The translations under genes and the position numbers were made by a program. A DNA stretch of 64,000 nt from the NCBI GenBank assembly GCA_013239625.1, contig MU055362.1:14615405-14679404 (forward strand), given 5' to 3'. The stretch's first letter is position 1, and the number at the start of each line of letters is the position of its first letter. Below are positions 11,827 through 23,814 of this stretch, in pieces. The notes below the pieces were generated by a model, which was not told the DNA's origin, did not search any database, and worked only from the letters and a program-made list of their open reading frames with translations. The stretch comes from Lama guanicoe. Its lineage: Eukaryota.

Positions 11827-12875
11827 CCTTGGAGGCTATGCGTGAAGGAGGCGGTCTGGGCTGCAGCATTGACCCCTCACTCCTCCAGTCCAAGGGCATG
11901 ATTTTTTTTCATGCCATAGGTATTGATGACGAACTAGAGGCTGCTGCTTCCCCTGGAGCGACTGCAGACAGCTGCCCAGGGGAGCAGCAGCTCATCCACC
12001 TTATAACTGGACACTTGCCAACTTCCCAACTGTGACTTTGGGTTAGAAGTCCTGTTTGAGCTATGGCTTGTTCTCCGGCTGCACCATCTGAATTCGTGCC
12101 ATGCTTTTCCCGGCTGCCATTCATATCACTTCACTGTTGTGCCTCTGTTTCTGCTGCTCTGAGCACAATGACCCATTGCAGGCACTATATATCAGTAGGC
12201 CAAGCTGGTAAAGGAACTACTTCTTTGTGAAGGACTGTCAGCCCTGTAGGGCTCTTGTAAAGGTCTGAGTTACTGTGTGCCTTTGACAGTACTGTGCCTG
12301 CAACAAGAGAAGTGCTCTACTCATGAAAAAGTAGCAGCTCCTCCTCCTCCTATTAAATAACAGGACTGTTGAATAGCAGCTGTCAGGCCCTAATTAGTTG
12401 ATGGCCTACAAGCAGTGGCCGAGTTCCCTGATGGCCTAGTCAAAAAGGAAAAGAAACATGTGGCATCTGGAGGAAACCTAAGAAATTTAGCCCTACGCAA
12501 AGTTCAGTTTTACAAAAGGAGGGAAAAGACTAGAATACAACAGATATTCAGAAACCAGTTCAAGGCTGCAGTGAGGTAAGAACAATAGAATTCCCAAAGA
12601 GGGAGGGGTCTTGAGTGTTCAGTATGCTGAGATGTTGAAGACTGGAGGGATGCAGAGAAGATGGAAGTGGGGGATTCATTCCGTGCAGGGGCCCTGCTTC
12701 TCCTCCCCTCCCAGGAGCCCAGGGCGGGGGCTGTGTAAGCCGATAAGGCGGGTGACCCTGCCCTGGTCGCCCTGAGCCCTTGGTTTGCTTTCATTCTCCG
12801 AGGAGTTTGTGCTGTTGGCTGTTCTCCTGTCTCTCCCACCTGGGCTCGCAGCCCACTCTGGATTTATTAGTTTGG

Positions 12876-12939
12876 ATGGGTGGAACTTGCTTTACACCAG
12901 GGAAGAATTCCTGGAAGCATGCTTTGAGACTAGATTTGG
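12876..12939 (+). CDS. SH3PXD2A: Candidate coding part of an alternative first exon (MGGTCFTPGKNSWKHALRLDL + G)
   Basis: ATG with +4 G, 21 open codons plus 1 nt, then donor TGG|gtaaat in phase 1, compatible with downstream exons. GC box, GATAAG and Inr-like motifs lie upstream. No transcript evidence. Confidence 0.4.
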
Positions 12940-14696
12940 GTAAATTGAACCCAATTCTCACTGCTCTGGAGTTACTCAATGTTAACAGAAACCTTATTAT
13001 GAACCAATAAGAGTCCACTTCCTAACTTAGGTCTCTCCAGGTGTTTATTATGTAGTACTTGGGTGTATATGTGCTTGCGGGGAACGTCCTTAAAGTTGGC
13101 GGCACTTAGAGCGTTGAAATTCTTGATTTCTCGTAATCACCTGGACTTGACAAGAGTCGGGTTCAGCATCCATGTGTCCTCAGGTCACTGTACTTGGCTG
13201 GGATTTGCAGGCACCTGGTTTTCTCTGGGCCTGGATTCTTGCTGGTCTGGCAAGCCAGGAGGAATGGGTGTGGCAGGGACACGAGTCTTGTGGAATGGCC
13301 AAGGGAGGGACCCTGTCCCCATGCCTCCTGTCTCCCAGCTTTGTCCCTGTCACCCACTCCCCTTCTGTGTTCCAGAGGCCTAATTCCTGCCCCTCCAAAA
13401 CCTTTCACAGGCAATAGGCCATTTCACTCTTAAGGCAGCCCTATGAAGATGACAAGGTAGGTATTTTTATCACCCTTTTTCACAGATGGAAAAGAGGCTT
13501 AGAGGTTTGCTAAATGCCCCAGAATCAGTGAGCTGAGCAGAGTAAGCACAAAAACCAAGATTTAAAAAAATTCCTGCTCCAGTTCCTCTCTGCCTCCCAA
13601 CTGTTGGCCTTCTTCACTTGAGTTTCATATACTGAGAATGTGTTCAAGTGGTTTTCCCTGGAAAGGCAGTCTGTTTCTCAGGAAAGATGTTTCAGCTGTG
13701 GTGCACTTACATTATGGAGGCTAGCAGGTTTCTGCTGGAAGAGTCTAGAACGTTAAACAAGCATCTTGGAGATCAGTGGGCCCAAATGCTTGATTTTACA
13801 GATAAGAGCATCAAGGCCCAGAGAAGTCAAGCCACTTGCCCAGGGTCACACAGCCAGTTCACAGTAAAACCAGTTGTGCAGATTCCCAGTCTCACGCCCC
13901 TTGCTTTCCACAAGGGCCCGTAGTCTACTCTGTCACCAGAGAGAGGGGGATGGAGACAGCAGGGAGGGCAGGAAGCAGTTGTTTCGTGTCACTCACAGCT
14001 GCTCATTTGGCTGCGCCTGCCTCTTTCTCCTTCACCCTGTCTCCCCATCTCGCCATTTTCCCAGGCCTGAGCCAGCAGCCTTGTTGGTCTACTGGCCGGA
14101 GGGCGGGGCCAGGGTCTGTGAGCCAGGGGCCTCTCCTCTGTTCATTGTAATGAGCTGGAGGTGGGGGTCCTCCCCACCCTGGCAGTGGGCTTGCTCGGGT
14201 GGGCTGGAGAGAAGGCACTCCAAAGAGGGGAAATTTGGGGTGGGAGCTGCGGAACTGGATTAATTCTGCGGATCCAGGGGGACTGGGAAATAAATCACGT
14301 TTTAAAAAGTCTTTTCTTTTTAAAAGACAGGCTCGTTTCTGGTTCGCTTCCCATTTTCCTTTGGAAAGAGGGAAGGCTTGCTTATTGCGGGGTGGGGGGC
14401 GGGTGGGCATGAGCTTGAGTTGTTCCACACTTAGGAGTGGGGACTCGGTTTCCAGAGGCTGAGGGATCTTTCCCTGTCCACTCCCCCTGGCCTGCCCAAA
14501 TGCCCACACCCCAAAGTCCTGGAAGGGCGACAGACCCTTCAAGATGATTGCTGAAAAACCCAACCAAGCAGCAAAGGCCTTGTGAGCATTTAGTCCAGGT
14601 GGGCCAATGGCCCCCACTTCTCTCTCCTGGGGTTTTAGAGCATCTCCCCATTGAAAGAGAACAGCTCCCCATCTCTGACAACCTCATCTCCTAGCC

Positions 14697-14923
14697 TAGG
14701 GCCTGGCAAAACCACTGCCCACAGGCCAAACCCAGCCCACCACATGGTTTTATAAATAAAGTTTTATTGGCACACAGCTCATTCATTCCTCTACGGATTG
14801 CTGGGGGCTGCTTCTGCACTGAAACAGCAGAGGTGAGTAGTCTCAACAGAGACCACGTGGCCCCCAAAGCCTAAAGTATTGACCTTTAGTATCTGGCCCT
14901 TTACAGAAAGTCTGTCGCTCCTC
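14697..14923 (+). mobile_element. MER58A hAT-Charlie element, near full length
   Basis: ataaataaagttttattggcacacagc and aaagcctaaagtatt...tatctggccctttacagaaa. Confidence 0.88.
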
Positions 14924-15809
14924 CTCTAGCAGAACACGTCTTCCTGGGTCCTCCAGGCCCTTAGCCAGGTAATTTCCCTTGGCTCACTGACAGACATTAG
15001 CACTTCCCAAAAGGCTTCCTTCTGAAAACCCCAAAGGAAAGTGTACAAAGTAACAAAGCCAGCAGAGAAGGACAGATGTGTGGGTAACCTCTTAGCTGGC
15101 TCAGCCCAGTGCTGGGATGCACCTGGCAATAGGCCTGCCCTAGGGCGTTAGGATGGCCTTGTTGAGAGGCGGCCCACTTGGCCACATGTGGGGCACAGGA
15201 GCAAGAAGTCAGCCCCAGCAAGATCTGGCACCAGGCAATGAAGCCCTGCATTCTGAACTCAGACCCACTCGGCCACAGGAGTTTAAAGCTTCTGAGTGTG
15301 TCTGCCTTGTCTTACCAGCCCTGCCCCACCCGGGACATGAAAGCAGGGCCAGCCTGGCTCCTGCTGTCCCAGGAGATTTCTGGCCACAGGATGCTGAGTA
15401 TAGCCCCCCAGAGTCCCTCTGCCCCCAGTTCTAGCGGACCCGGTGTCCGGGGCTGTCTGTGGGAAGCATCTCTGGGTGCCAGCATTTTCTTGGTGCATCC
15501 AGTATTGAGCTGCCATCCAGGTCTTGTCCTTGCAACTCCAGGAGTCTGATTTTCCTGATGCCCCAAGAGCTGATTGAACCAAGCTCATGGGATATGCCCA
15601 AGGGACAGGTTCAGAGACTTTATCAAAGGGGTCAGAGCCTGGATTTGAATCCAGACAGACTCCAGAGGTCTCACCAAGCCTCTCCGTGAGAGCTCCACTC
15701 TCCTGGTTCACAGTGAGGACCGGCAGGGCCAGGCTTCCCGGTTCTGTGTGGGAGCCAGCCTGCAATTGGAGGGAGGCTTGCTGAATGAGGGAGAGTTAGG
15801 TCCTTTAGT

Positions 15810-15845
15810 TTGATACCACTCACTTTAAATGGTGAGTGGTATCAA
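15810..15845. repeat. Perfect 14-bp inverted repeat with 8-nt spacer
   Basis: TTGATACCACTCAC-tttaaatg-GTGAGTGGTATCAA. Confidence 0.95.
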
Positions 15846-15884
15846 GCCAAAGCCTGAAGCCTGTGTCCCCACAAGAGATGGGCA

Positions 15885-16400
15885 CTGTACTGGCTGTGTG
15901 ACCTTGGGCCAAGGAACTTCACCTTTCTGGTTCATTTTCTTCATCTGCAAAACGGAGGGAGTACCTTGTCACTGTGGGTTTATTGTGGAAAACAGATGAC
16001 TTGTTACATGTAAGTGCTCAGCACAACGCTGGATGTGCAGTGAATGCTGTCAGGCAGCTCGCTCTCCTGGCCAGCGCTGGGTGGGCAGGCCGAGGGTTTG
16101 CCTCTCAGACGTGCACCTCCACGTTTCCGTCTTGTGGTCCCCGCTATAGCCAGTGCTGTTCTCCTCGGGAGGCCATGAGCAGTTCAGCAGAGGAGGCACC
16201 AGCTGGGGTGTCCCAGACCTGGTTCCATTTCTGGCTCTGCTACTTTGACCTTGTGTGCACTTGGGCCGGTTCCTTCCCTGTCTAAACTCAGAGATTCCAC
16301 CCCTGTAAAATGGGGCAAAAAATGCGTACGTATCTCAAGGGATTGTCGGGTGTAAATGAGCCACTGTGACTATAGGTGGACGATCAGTGTTACGTGCTGA
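15885..16400 (+). mobile_element. Two MIR fragments
   Basis: gctgtgtgaccttgggc...tcatctgcaaaacgg and ctgtaaaatgggg cores; boundaries approximate. Confidence 0.7.
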
Positions 16401-17264
16401 GCCTCTGATAGTCTAGAAATGTTCACACATTAATTAGGCTAAGAGCTTCTTGCCTTGTTATGTTACTATAGCACATCTCACAATCTTAAGCTGTTTTAGG
16501 TGCTTTGACTTTGTCCTTCCCTCTTGGCAGGAGGACAGCTTTTAACCTCATTTCACTGTTGAGGAAACTGAGGCCCAGATCACACATGACTCTTTGAGCC
16601 TGCAATAGAGCCTCATCTCTTCTGGTCACGAAAGGTCCCCATCCTTCTGGGTTGGAGTTGGGGTGTGAGACTCTTTAAAAGGAGGTTTCCTCCCATTCTG
16701 CCAGGGCCTGTCTGTCCTCCTCAATGGTTGGGGCTGGGGCAAGGGCTGGACAAGACACAGGCCCAGGAGTGCGGTGCCCGGAGACTGGAGACAGGCCTTG
16801 GACTCCCCAACCTGGATGTTGAAGGTTCCAGGCCCAGGCTGCTGAGCCTGCTGGCCTGGTGAGGATCTTTGGAGCCACGAGGCCCTCTGGGGTCAGCCAC
16901 CCACATAGCCAGAGAGAAAGGTTCAGGCTGCCTTCTCCAGAGCAACGATAACCCGTGGGCCCTGTTCCAGACAGAGATTGTGTAGGATTCTCTGTGCTCC
17001 AGAGGATTCCTGCGTTTTTGCAGACACCTCATTATCCTCGTCCTGGCCGGCAGTGTCCCAGCGCCTCTGTAATCACTCAGGCCCACGCCCAGCAGCCGTC
17101 CCAGGGCCAGGAAATCACTCCCCTCCCCTCCCCCGCCTTCCGCCGGCCCAACGCGGCGCCTGCAGCCACTCGCCGGTGGACCTCCTGCCTGCCTAACGGT
17201 TCTCTCTCCTCCTCTGATTTCTCTTCTCTCCTGCTGCTGCTTGCTCTCGGGGGGGACTCGGAAG

Positions 17265-17309
17265 TGTGGCTCTCCAGCTGGGCTGAGTCTCCCAAGAAGG
17301 ACGTGACAG
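17265..17309 (+). CDS. SH3PXD2A: SH3PXD2A 45-nt coding exon (approx. exon 7), PX-SH3A linker, (V)WLSSWAESPKKDVT(G)
   Basis: gaag|TGTGGCTC...GTGACAG|gtactg; 45 nt, phase 1/1; peptide matches Tks5 as recalled. Confidence 0.93.
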
Positions 17310-19099
17310 GTACTGCCTGCTGTGCATGTGTGTGAACATGTGTGTCCCCGGCATGCGTGCGTGGGAGCCGGTGCCCGCCGGCTGCTCTCCGCCTGCTTCC
17401 CTGTGATGTGTAGCCACCCTTTGTCGGCATGTCGGGCATCTTCTCACCCCTCTCTTGCTCTTCCACTGGCTGTACCCTCTGCCCTCCTTTTAACCCTTTT
17501 TTAGGTCCCAGGTCCAGCCGTGGAGCCCTTTGATGGGTGATGACCACACAGCACAGAATGTGTGGGTTTGATTCCGGCTCTGCCACGTCCTGGCCGTGCC
17601 TCCTTAGATGGGTTGCGTAACTTCTCTAGCCTCTTCAAGTGGAAGCAGCACCACCTCACCAGGAGTCTGGCACACAGAGTGCTCAGGTGATGGTGAGGCT
17701 GCCATCATCTTCAACCCCTCTGAGATGGACCAGCCAAAGATTATTCATCTCCCTTTAGGCAGTTAATGTGAGGCAGAGAGCTGAAGTCTCACATACCCTG
17801 AGCTGAGTTGGGAGGGCAGTGTCAAGTGGTGGGGTGGGAGTGGGGTTGCCTTAAAACTGTGATGAAGTCACAGCTCCCTTGCTTCCGGGATCCAGAGCTT
17901 GGAGCTGCCTCTGATCTTGGGGGCCCTTCAGACCTTGGACTGCCTGGCTGCCCATGGCCCTCAGGGACTTGGGCCTGTGCCCTGTGTGTGGGCAGAGCTG
18001 GGCCAGGGGTCAGAGGCTTGCCTTTAGCCTTTGTCTTACTGGACAATGGTAGAAAAACCTGGATAGCAGTGTTCTCAGCTGTTAGATGGAGATGGTGGCA
18101 GGTAGAAGGATGGTGTTTCCAGAAGGGTCTTCTAGAAGCCCCTCCATTTCTGTAGGTGCCACCTGATCTCCCTTTGCCAGCCCAAACCTGAGAGCAGAGG
18201 TGAAGCTCGGGGTTAGGGGACAAAACAGAAGGGTCAGAGGTCTGGGGAAGTGCTGGGCCAGCAAGGAAAGGGAGCCGAACATAAGGGGGTTGGCACAGAG
18301 GAGAAGGCAGTGGACAGAGGACCCCTTGCCTGCCCCAGGCCCCTTGCAGTCATCCTTCTGGTGTTGCCTGTGACCAGGGCCTCGGCCTGAGCTAATCACT
18401 GGGCTCCTGTCCCTTTTTCCCCTCTCCATGAGCCAGTGGGCCAGAGCCCACTTGGCTCACAACAATACATTTTATTCACCAAACGTATAGCCTGGCTGCC
18501 CGAGGGCCTATGGAGGGGCCGGCCGGCTGAGGCCGGCCTGGGAGGAATCAGTTGTGAGGGACTGAAGGGACCTTGGTGGGATGCCTGGGGTTTGGGGGTC
18601 ATGGAGAGCATGGGGAACCTGGGGCGGGGGCCACCGTAGGGCTTGGCTTCTCAGGATGAGCCCAGCTGTTTGGAGAGAGAGGCTGAGGGGAGGCAATGTG
18701 GGCTGGGGGAAACCAGCCAGACTGGGAGTCTGGGGCCGGAGTCTTGGTCTCTCTGTCTCTCTGGGCCTTGATTTCCCCAGCTGGAATGTTGGTAAGTTCA
18801 GTGACAGGAAACCCATAGGTAAGGGGCTGAAGCCAGGGATCCTTATAGACAAGGGTCCTTGGGCTGCTTCGGCTGGCATCTACCCATGAGTAGGCTCAGG
18901 GGCCTCTGGACTGGCTCTCCAGCTGGCAGTGCTCACTGCTTCCAGGAGGTCTGAGAGAGTCAGGAGAAGGGATGGAGCCATGGCCACCCTTCTCCTGGCG
19001 CCTGTGGCCCTTGCCCTAAGCTGCCTGTTGGTTTTGAGGCTTCAGAGGAACCTAAACCCCTCTTTTCCTCCCCACATCTCCCATTTCCTGTTTGCTTTA

Positions 19100-19290
19100 T
19101 AAACACTGTCTACAATTTACATAGAACATTAACCCTGTCACCTCATACCACACTCAGAACAACCCCACAATGTAGGTACTGTGATTGTTCCTGTTTAGGG
19201 ATGTGGAAGCTAAAGCTCAGAGAGGTTAAGTGTCGTCTGCAGGGTCACAGAGCTAGTAAGGGCCTCAGACCCCAATTTTATGCTCTTACA
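19100..19290 (-). mobile_element. MIR SINE
   Basis: gctcagagaggttaagt...agggtcacagagctagtaag. Confidence 0.75.
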
Positions 19291-21694
19291 TCATGAATCT
19301 CAGGCAGTTATGTCCTATGGCACCAGTCCTGGGCTGTCTGTCTACCCTCATCAGGGAGACCCTTGTCTAAGGCACAGGGAAGTCAGTGCAGGACAGGAGC
19401 AGGCACTGTGGCTGAGTGATCATGTGGCTCCTGGAGGGCAGAGATGGCTAAGTAGAAAGGGGCTGGTAGAAGGGAAGGCTTTCCAGGCAGGGGAAACAGC
19501 TAAAGCAGACACTGGGACCTAAGAACCTATGTAGAACAGTGTGTCCGGCACATAGTGGGTGCCCGATACACGTGTGTTGAACAAATGACTATTGCCTGGA
19601 TCAGAGGCGTTGTGTGTCAGGGAACTTGGGGAGCTCAGGTTGTCAAGAAAGTCTGAGCTTGAGTGTGGCCTTTCTTCTATAGGCAGCAGTGACCCACTAA
19701 AGGTGTTGAAGCAGTGGACTGCCTAGGCAAAAGCCTCATTCAGAAGTTTAACTTGGCAGCCGGGATCTTGCAGGAGCCAGGGGTCCATCCAGGTGGTGGT
19801 TGGAGGAATGCAGGTGGGAGGCAAGGATGGGGCAGGGCTCTGGGGAGCTGCCAGGGGCTCTGAGAAAGGCACAAAGGCCCATCCCTGGATGAGACTCTTA
19901 CAGAGTCCCCTTCCAACCTGGGAGGAGCTCTCCTCTCTGAAAAGGGTACACCCCCTTCTCCATGTCTCTGCTAAAGCCTTCCTGTCTGAAGACAGGAGGC
20001 TCCTTCCACTCCCCCTCCCCCTCCCTCGGGCCAACTCCTTCGGCCCCCAGTTTTCCAGGCCTTGGCTGGGAGAGGATCCAGAGCAGCCTCTGTGGGATGA
20101 CGTCACCCAGCGGCCTGCCTGCCGAGTGGTTTCTCATCTGGATACCTGCTCCCAGCTCACGCCCACCTGGGCAGCCCTGGGCAGGCAACACCCTAAGAGG
20201 CAGATGCCAGAGAGCGCGAGCACAGAGCCTGCTTGTAGTGAGGGAGGGTCAGGCAGCCAGGAGGACAGAGTGTCTATTGGTGTGTCCATCTGTCTGTCCC
20301 CTAGCCTATGTGCCACTGTCGGTCTTCTGTGCTCTGGAATGCCTGGAGAACATTTTCTTAACTTTTCTACCTGTGTCCCAGAGTGTCAGTCTTCAGACAG
20401 CTCAGGCCAATTTTCCAAGGGGTGGGATGGAGGGGGTGCAGTATGTGGATTTTTCCCCTCTTTGAAATCTTGCCTCAGATTTCCTTGGCTTGGATTAAAA
20501 TGAGCTGATGTCTCTCCATTTGCCGACACCCGACTTGTCCTTTCTAAGCAGCTTTTGGCCACAAATCACTCCTCACTCCTCCCTGCCTCTGTTTCCCCAT
20601 CTCTCCTTTCTCCCTTCCAGAGTTTAGTTGTCTAGCTTCCCCAAATTTCAGAGATGAGGTCCTGCCTGGTTTATCTGTATTGGTTCAAAGCAAGCCATTA
20701 AATCACTCTGTTCATCTATCTGCCCATTCATTCATTTCACAAATGGTTACAGAGTGCCTACCCCAGTGGGCACTGTGATCTGGTCAATAGATGCCACAAG
20801 AGTCGACAGGGAACCAACACTCCAGTCTTTATTAAGCATCAACTGTTTGCCACATGCGTGGGTACAGGATGAGGCAGGGTCCCTCCAGATCAGTGGCTCT
20901 CTGTAGGCCATGTGCAGGGCAGAAATCTGGACACAAGCAGTGGTGTCAGTTGGGCCTGGGTTCAGTCCCAGCTGTGTGACCTTAGAAAGATTGCCTCATG
21001 AGCCTTAGTCTGCCTTTGCATGAGATGGGGCTATAACAAGGACCTACACCTGCGTTGTTCTGAGAATCAAATGAGACAGCCCGTGATAAGGTCGGCGTTA
21101 GGTGGTGCTGCCCAGAGTGAGCACTTAAGAAGGTTTGCTGTTCGTTGCCGGCATAATCGGGGTTCTCTCAGGATTTGGAAGCTCTCTAACCAGCTGGGGA
21201 AATCCTGTGTTCTGTTTGTATCTTGAGTTTTCCTTTCCCACACACTGGAAAGGGAGTCCCTGTGTCCCACAGGGCAGAGGCTGGCCCTTTTTGTGCTGGG
21301 TGCACTTAAGAAGTGCCCTTGGCCACAGAGGCACTGCCCCTCACCCCAAGGGTGCGGGGGGTGCACAGTGGGAGGTAATCTGTCTGCTCTGTGCCCAGCG
21401 CTGTCTCTGTCCGGCTGGTAGGGGCAGGCACGAAACTGGCCCCATCGCTCAGCTGTTGGTTGCATTTCAGCCTGAAATACAATCCTGGCTTTGGAGGGGC
21501 TGCCTTGGGTAGTGCGTACCCATGTGGCAGGCCTCAGCTGGGACAAGGTCCCTCTTGGGTCTCCAGGGGGCCGAGCGGGAGCTGCAGGGTGCACACCTCC
21601 TGGGAGAAAACTGCCAGGGGCTGTGGATCCTTTCCCCTCCATTGCCCCCTTGCCCTAGGTTAGATGGCTGCATGGGGAGACCCAAAGATCTAAG

Positions 21695-21860
21695 CAGTGC
21701 TTTTCTCACCCTGGCTGTGTATGAGAACCACGTGGGAGGACAGGGTGTCTAAAAAATACCCAAGACCAGTTAAATCTGGATCTCTGGGGGTGGGGCCCAG
21801 ACATCAGTATTCTTTAAAAGCTCCCCAGGCGATCTTATGGAACCAAGTTGAGGATCATTG
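21695..21860 (+). mobile_element. MER5B-like hAT-Charlie element
   Basis: cagtgcttttctca...tctctgggggtggggcccag...aaaagctccccaggcgat...ttgaggatcattg, with TIR-like ends. Confidence 0.78.
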
Positions 21861-22699
21861 TGCTAGAAGAATGGGGTGTCTGGAAATAGGAATCAGAGGC
21901 AGTTCTGTCATGGAAAGAGATGGGCTTGAACCTAAAACATTGAATGAATTTGGTTCTCTGTGTAGTAGCTGTGTGAGCTGGGGCAAGCCTCTTGTCCTCT
22001 CTGGCCCTCTGAGGTGTCTTTTGTGAAGTGGGAAGGCAGGAGGATTGTCGTGAGGATAAAATGGAACGGTGTACGTGCCTGGCATAGAACATCTGCCAAG
22101 TTAGACTCAGGCATGCAGGGAATGTAGCAGCAGGCTGAAGCACCAAGGGGGCCATGTGGAGCCTGGGGACCCTCTCAGCCATTTCTATAGCCAGGCTGGC
22201 AATATGAGGCCCCCAGCCTTTCAGGAGATGGGTAGATGTATAGTTTAAGAAGTGTACTAGGAATTCCCTTCTGAGGGGAGATCGGGGGGTATGTAGGAAG
22301 GCTTCCTGTAGGTGACCGGTAGGTCTCTGGTTTGTGGATTCTTTCAGCCCTAGCAGGTCTGTATTATCTTAGGTGCTTTGTCCCCACTCCACCCTAGTGG
22401 TGGTGATGGTAATAGGCACAGAGAGGTTTAAGCAGCATGTCCACTGTCACACAGCAAGTAAGCTGAGATGGGCACCCAGTCTGTCCACCTTCCAGCCCAG
22501 TGTTTGTGCTCTGGTCCGGTGGCTAAGGAGGACAGGGAAGTTGCTTGCTCCTGGGAACCTCCGGCCCACTGCCCTCCTCCTGCTGAGCCCCACCTTTTGA
22601 CCCCTCAGGCTCCTGAAATTGCCAGGAGAGGGCGGCTGGAGGCTTCCGGGAGCCCGACCACAAGCCCCAGCAGAGCTTAAAGGCAGAGGGAGGCTGAGC

Positions 22700-23626
22700 T
22701 GGTCTCCACGCGGCCGGAGGGCGGCAGCCAGGACAGACGTTGCCGCTGCCTTGTCGGGAAGCAGGGCTGGGGGCCCCCTGCCTGGGGCTGGTTCCAGGGC
22801 GCCAGGCCCGTGGGCTCGGTGGCAATGCCTTGGTGAGCCCAAGGGGCAGGAATGGAGCCGAACTTGACGAAAAGTTGGCGGGGGGCGGGCTGGGCTCTCC
22901 AGTGCTGGCGCTGGGACTTTCTTCTTGGGTTTCAAGTAAACAGTCTCGGCCCTCCTCCCCCTCGCCTGCCTCCACCCCCGGCTCCTCATTCGATGGGTCT
23001 CATGTGTTTCTATTTAAGGGCTGCGAGTAAACCCCAGTGATTGGCGGCCTCAAACCCTCTTGACTTCTCGCCTGGGCCCGGGCTGTGGAGCCGTCCTCTC
23101 CCGCTCTCTCCCTCTCCCTCCCGAGGGGAGGACTGCTGACTCTTTCTCTGGGTTTACAGGGGTTGGGGGAGAGGCCCGAGCCCTCCTCCCGGCCTGGCCT
23201 TTCCTCTCTCCTCCGCTCTGGCCTCAGCCCCCATGGGCCGCCCACCCGCCTGCCCGCGGCCCTCCCCTCTCACCCCTGCGGCCAAGGGGCCCGGAGAGAC
23301 CACGTCCGCGCCAGGCCTCTCCTCTGACTCCCTCGTGCCGGGCTGTGACTAACTCATAGCAGCAGCAGGCCTTCTCCTCTGAGTTCCCTCAGCCCCTCTC
23401 ATCTCTGTCTGTCTCTCTCCCCCCTCCCCACCCCCTCTGCTGGCCCCTGGCTCCCCATGTCCCCCGGTCCCCGCGGTGCAGCGGGCCGGTGTGGGGCCCT
23501 GCTATATGGCCTGTCCTTGGGGCCCAGCGAGCTGCGAGCCCTGGCTGCAAGCGGCCCCTCCGAGAGGCGCTGGCGACCGAACAGCCTCCCCCGAGGCCGA
23601 TGGACAGGGGGCGCCCCGGCCGCGGG
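22700..23626. promoter_or_regulatory. Intragenic CpG island, probable internal promoter
   Basis: Dense CpG and high GC. GC box near 22880, CTATTTAAG 23010-23018, reverse CCAAT (GATTGG) 23039-23044. Runs into the assembly gap. Confidence 0.75.
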
Positions 23627-23814
23627 NNNNNNNNNNNNNNNNNNNNNNNNNNNNNNNNNNNNNNNNNNNNNNNNNNNNNNNNNNNNNNNNNNNNNNNNNN
23701 NNNNNNNNNNNNNNNNNNNNNNNNNNNNNNNNNNNNNNNNNNNNNNNNNNNNNNNNNNNNNNNNNNNNNNNNNNNNNNNNNNNNNNNNNNNNNNNNNNNN
23801 NNNNNNNNNNNNNN
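23627..23814. other. Assembly gap (188 N)
   Basis: Run of N. Confidence 1.
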
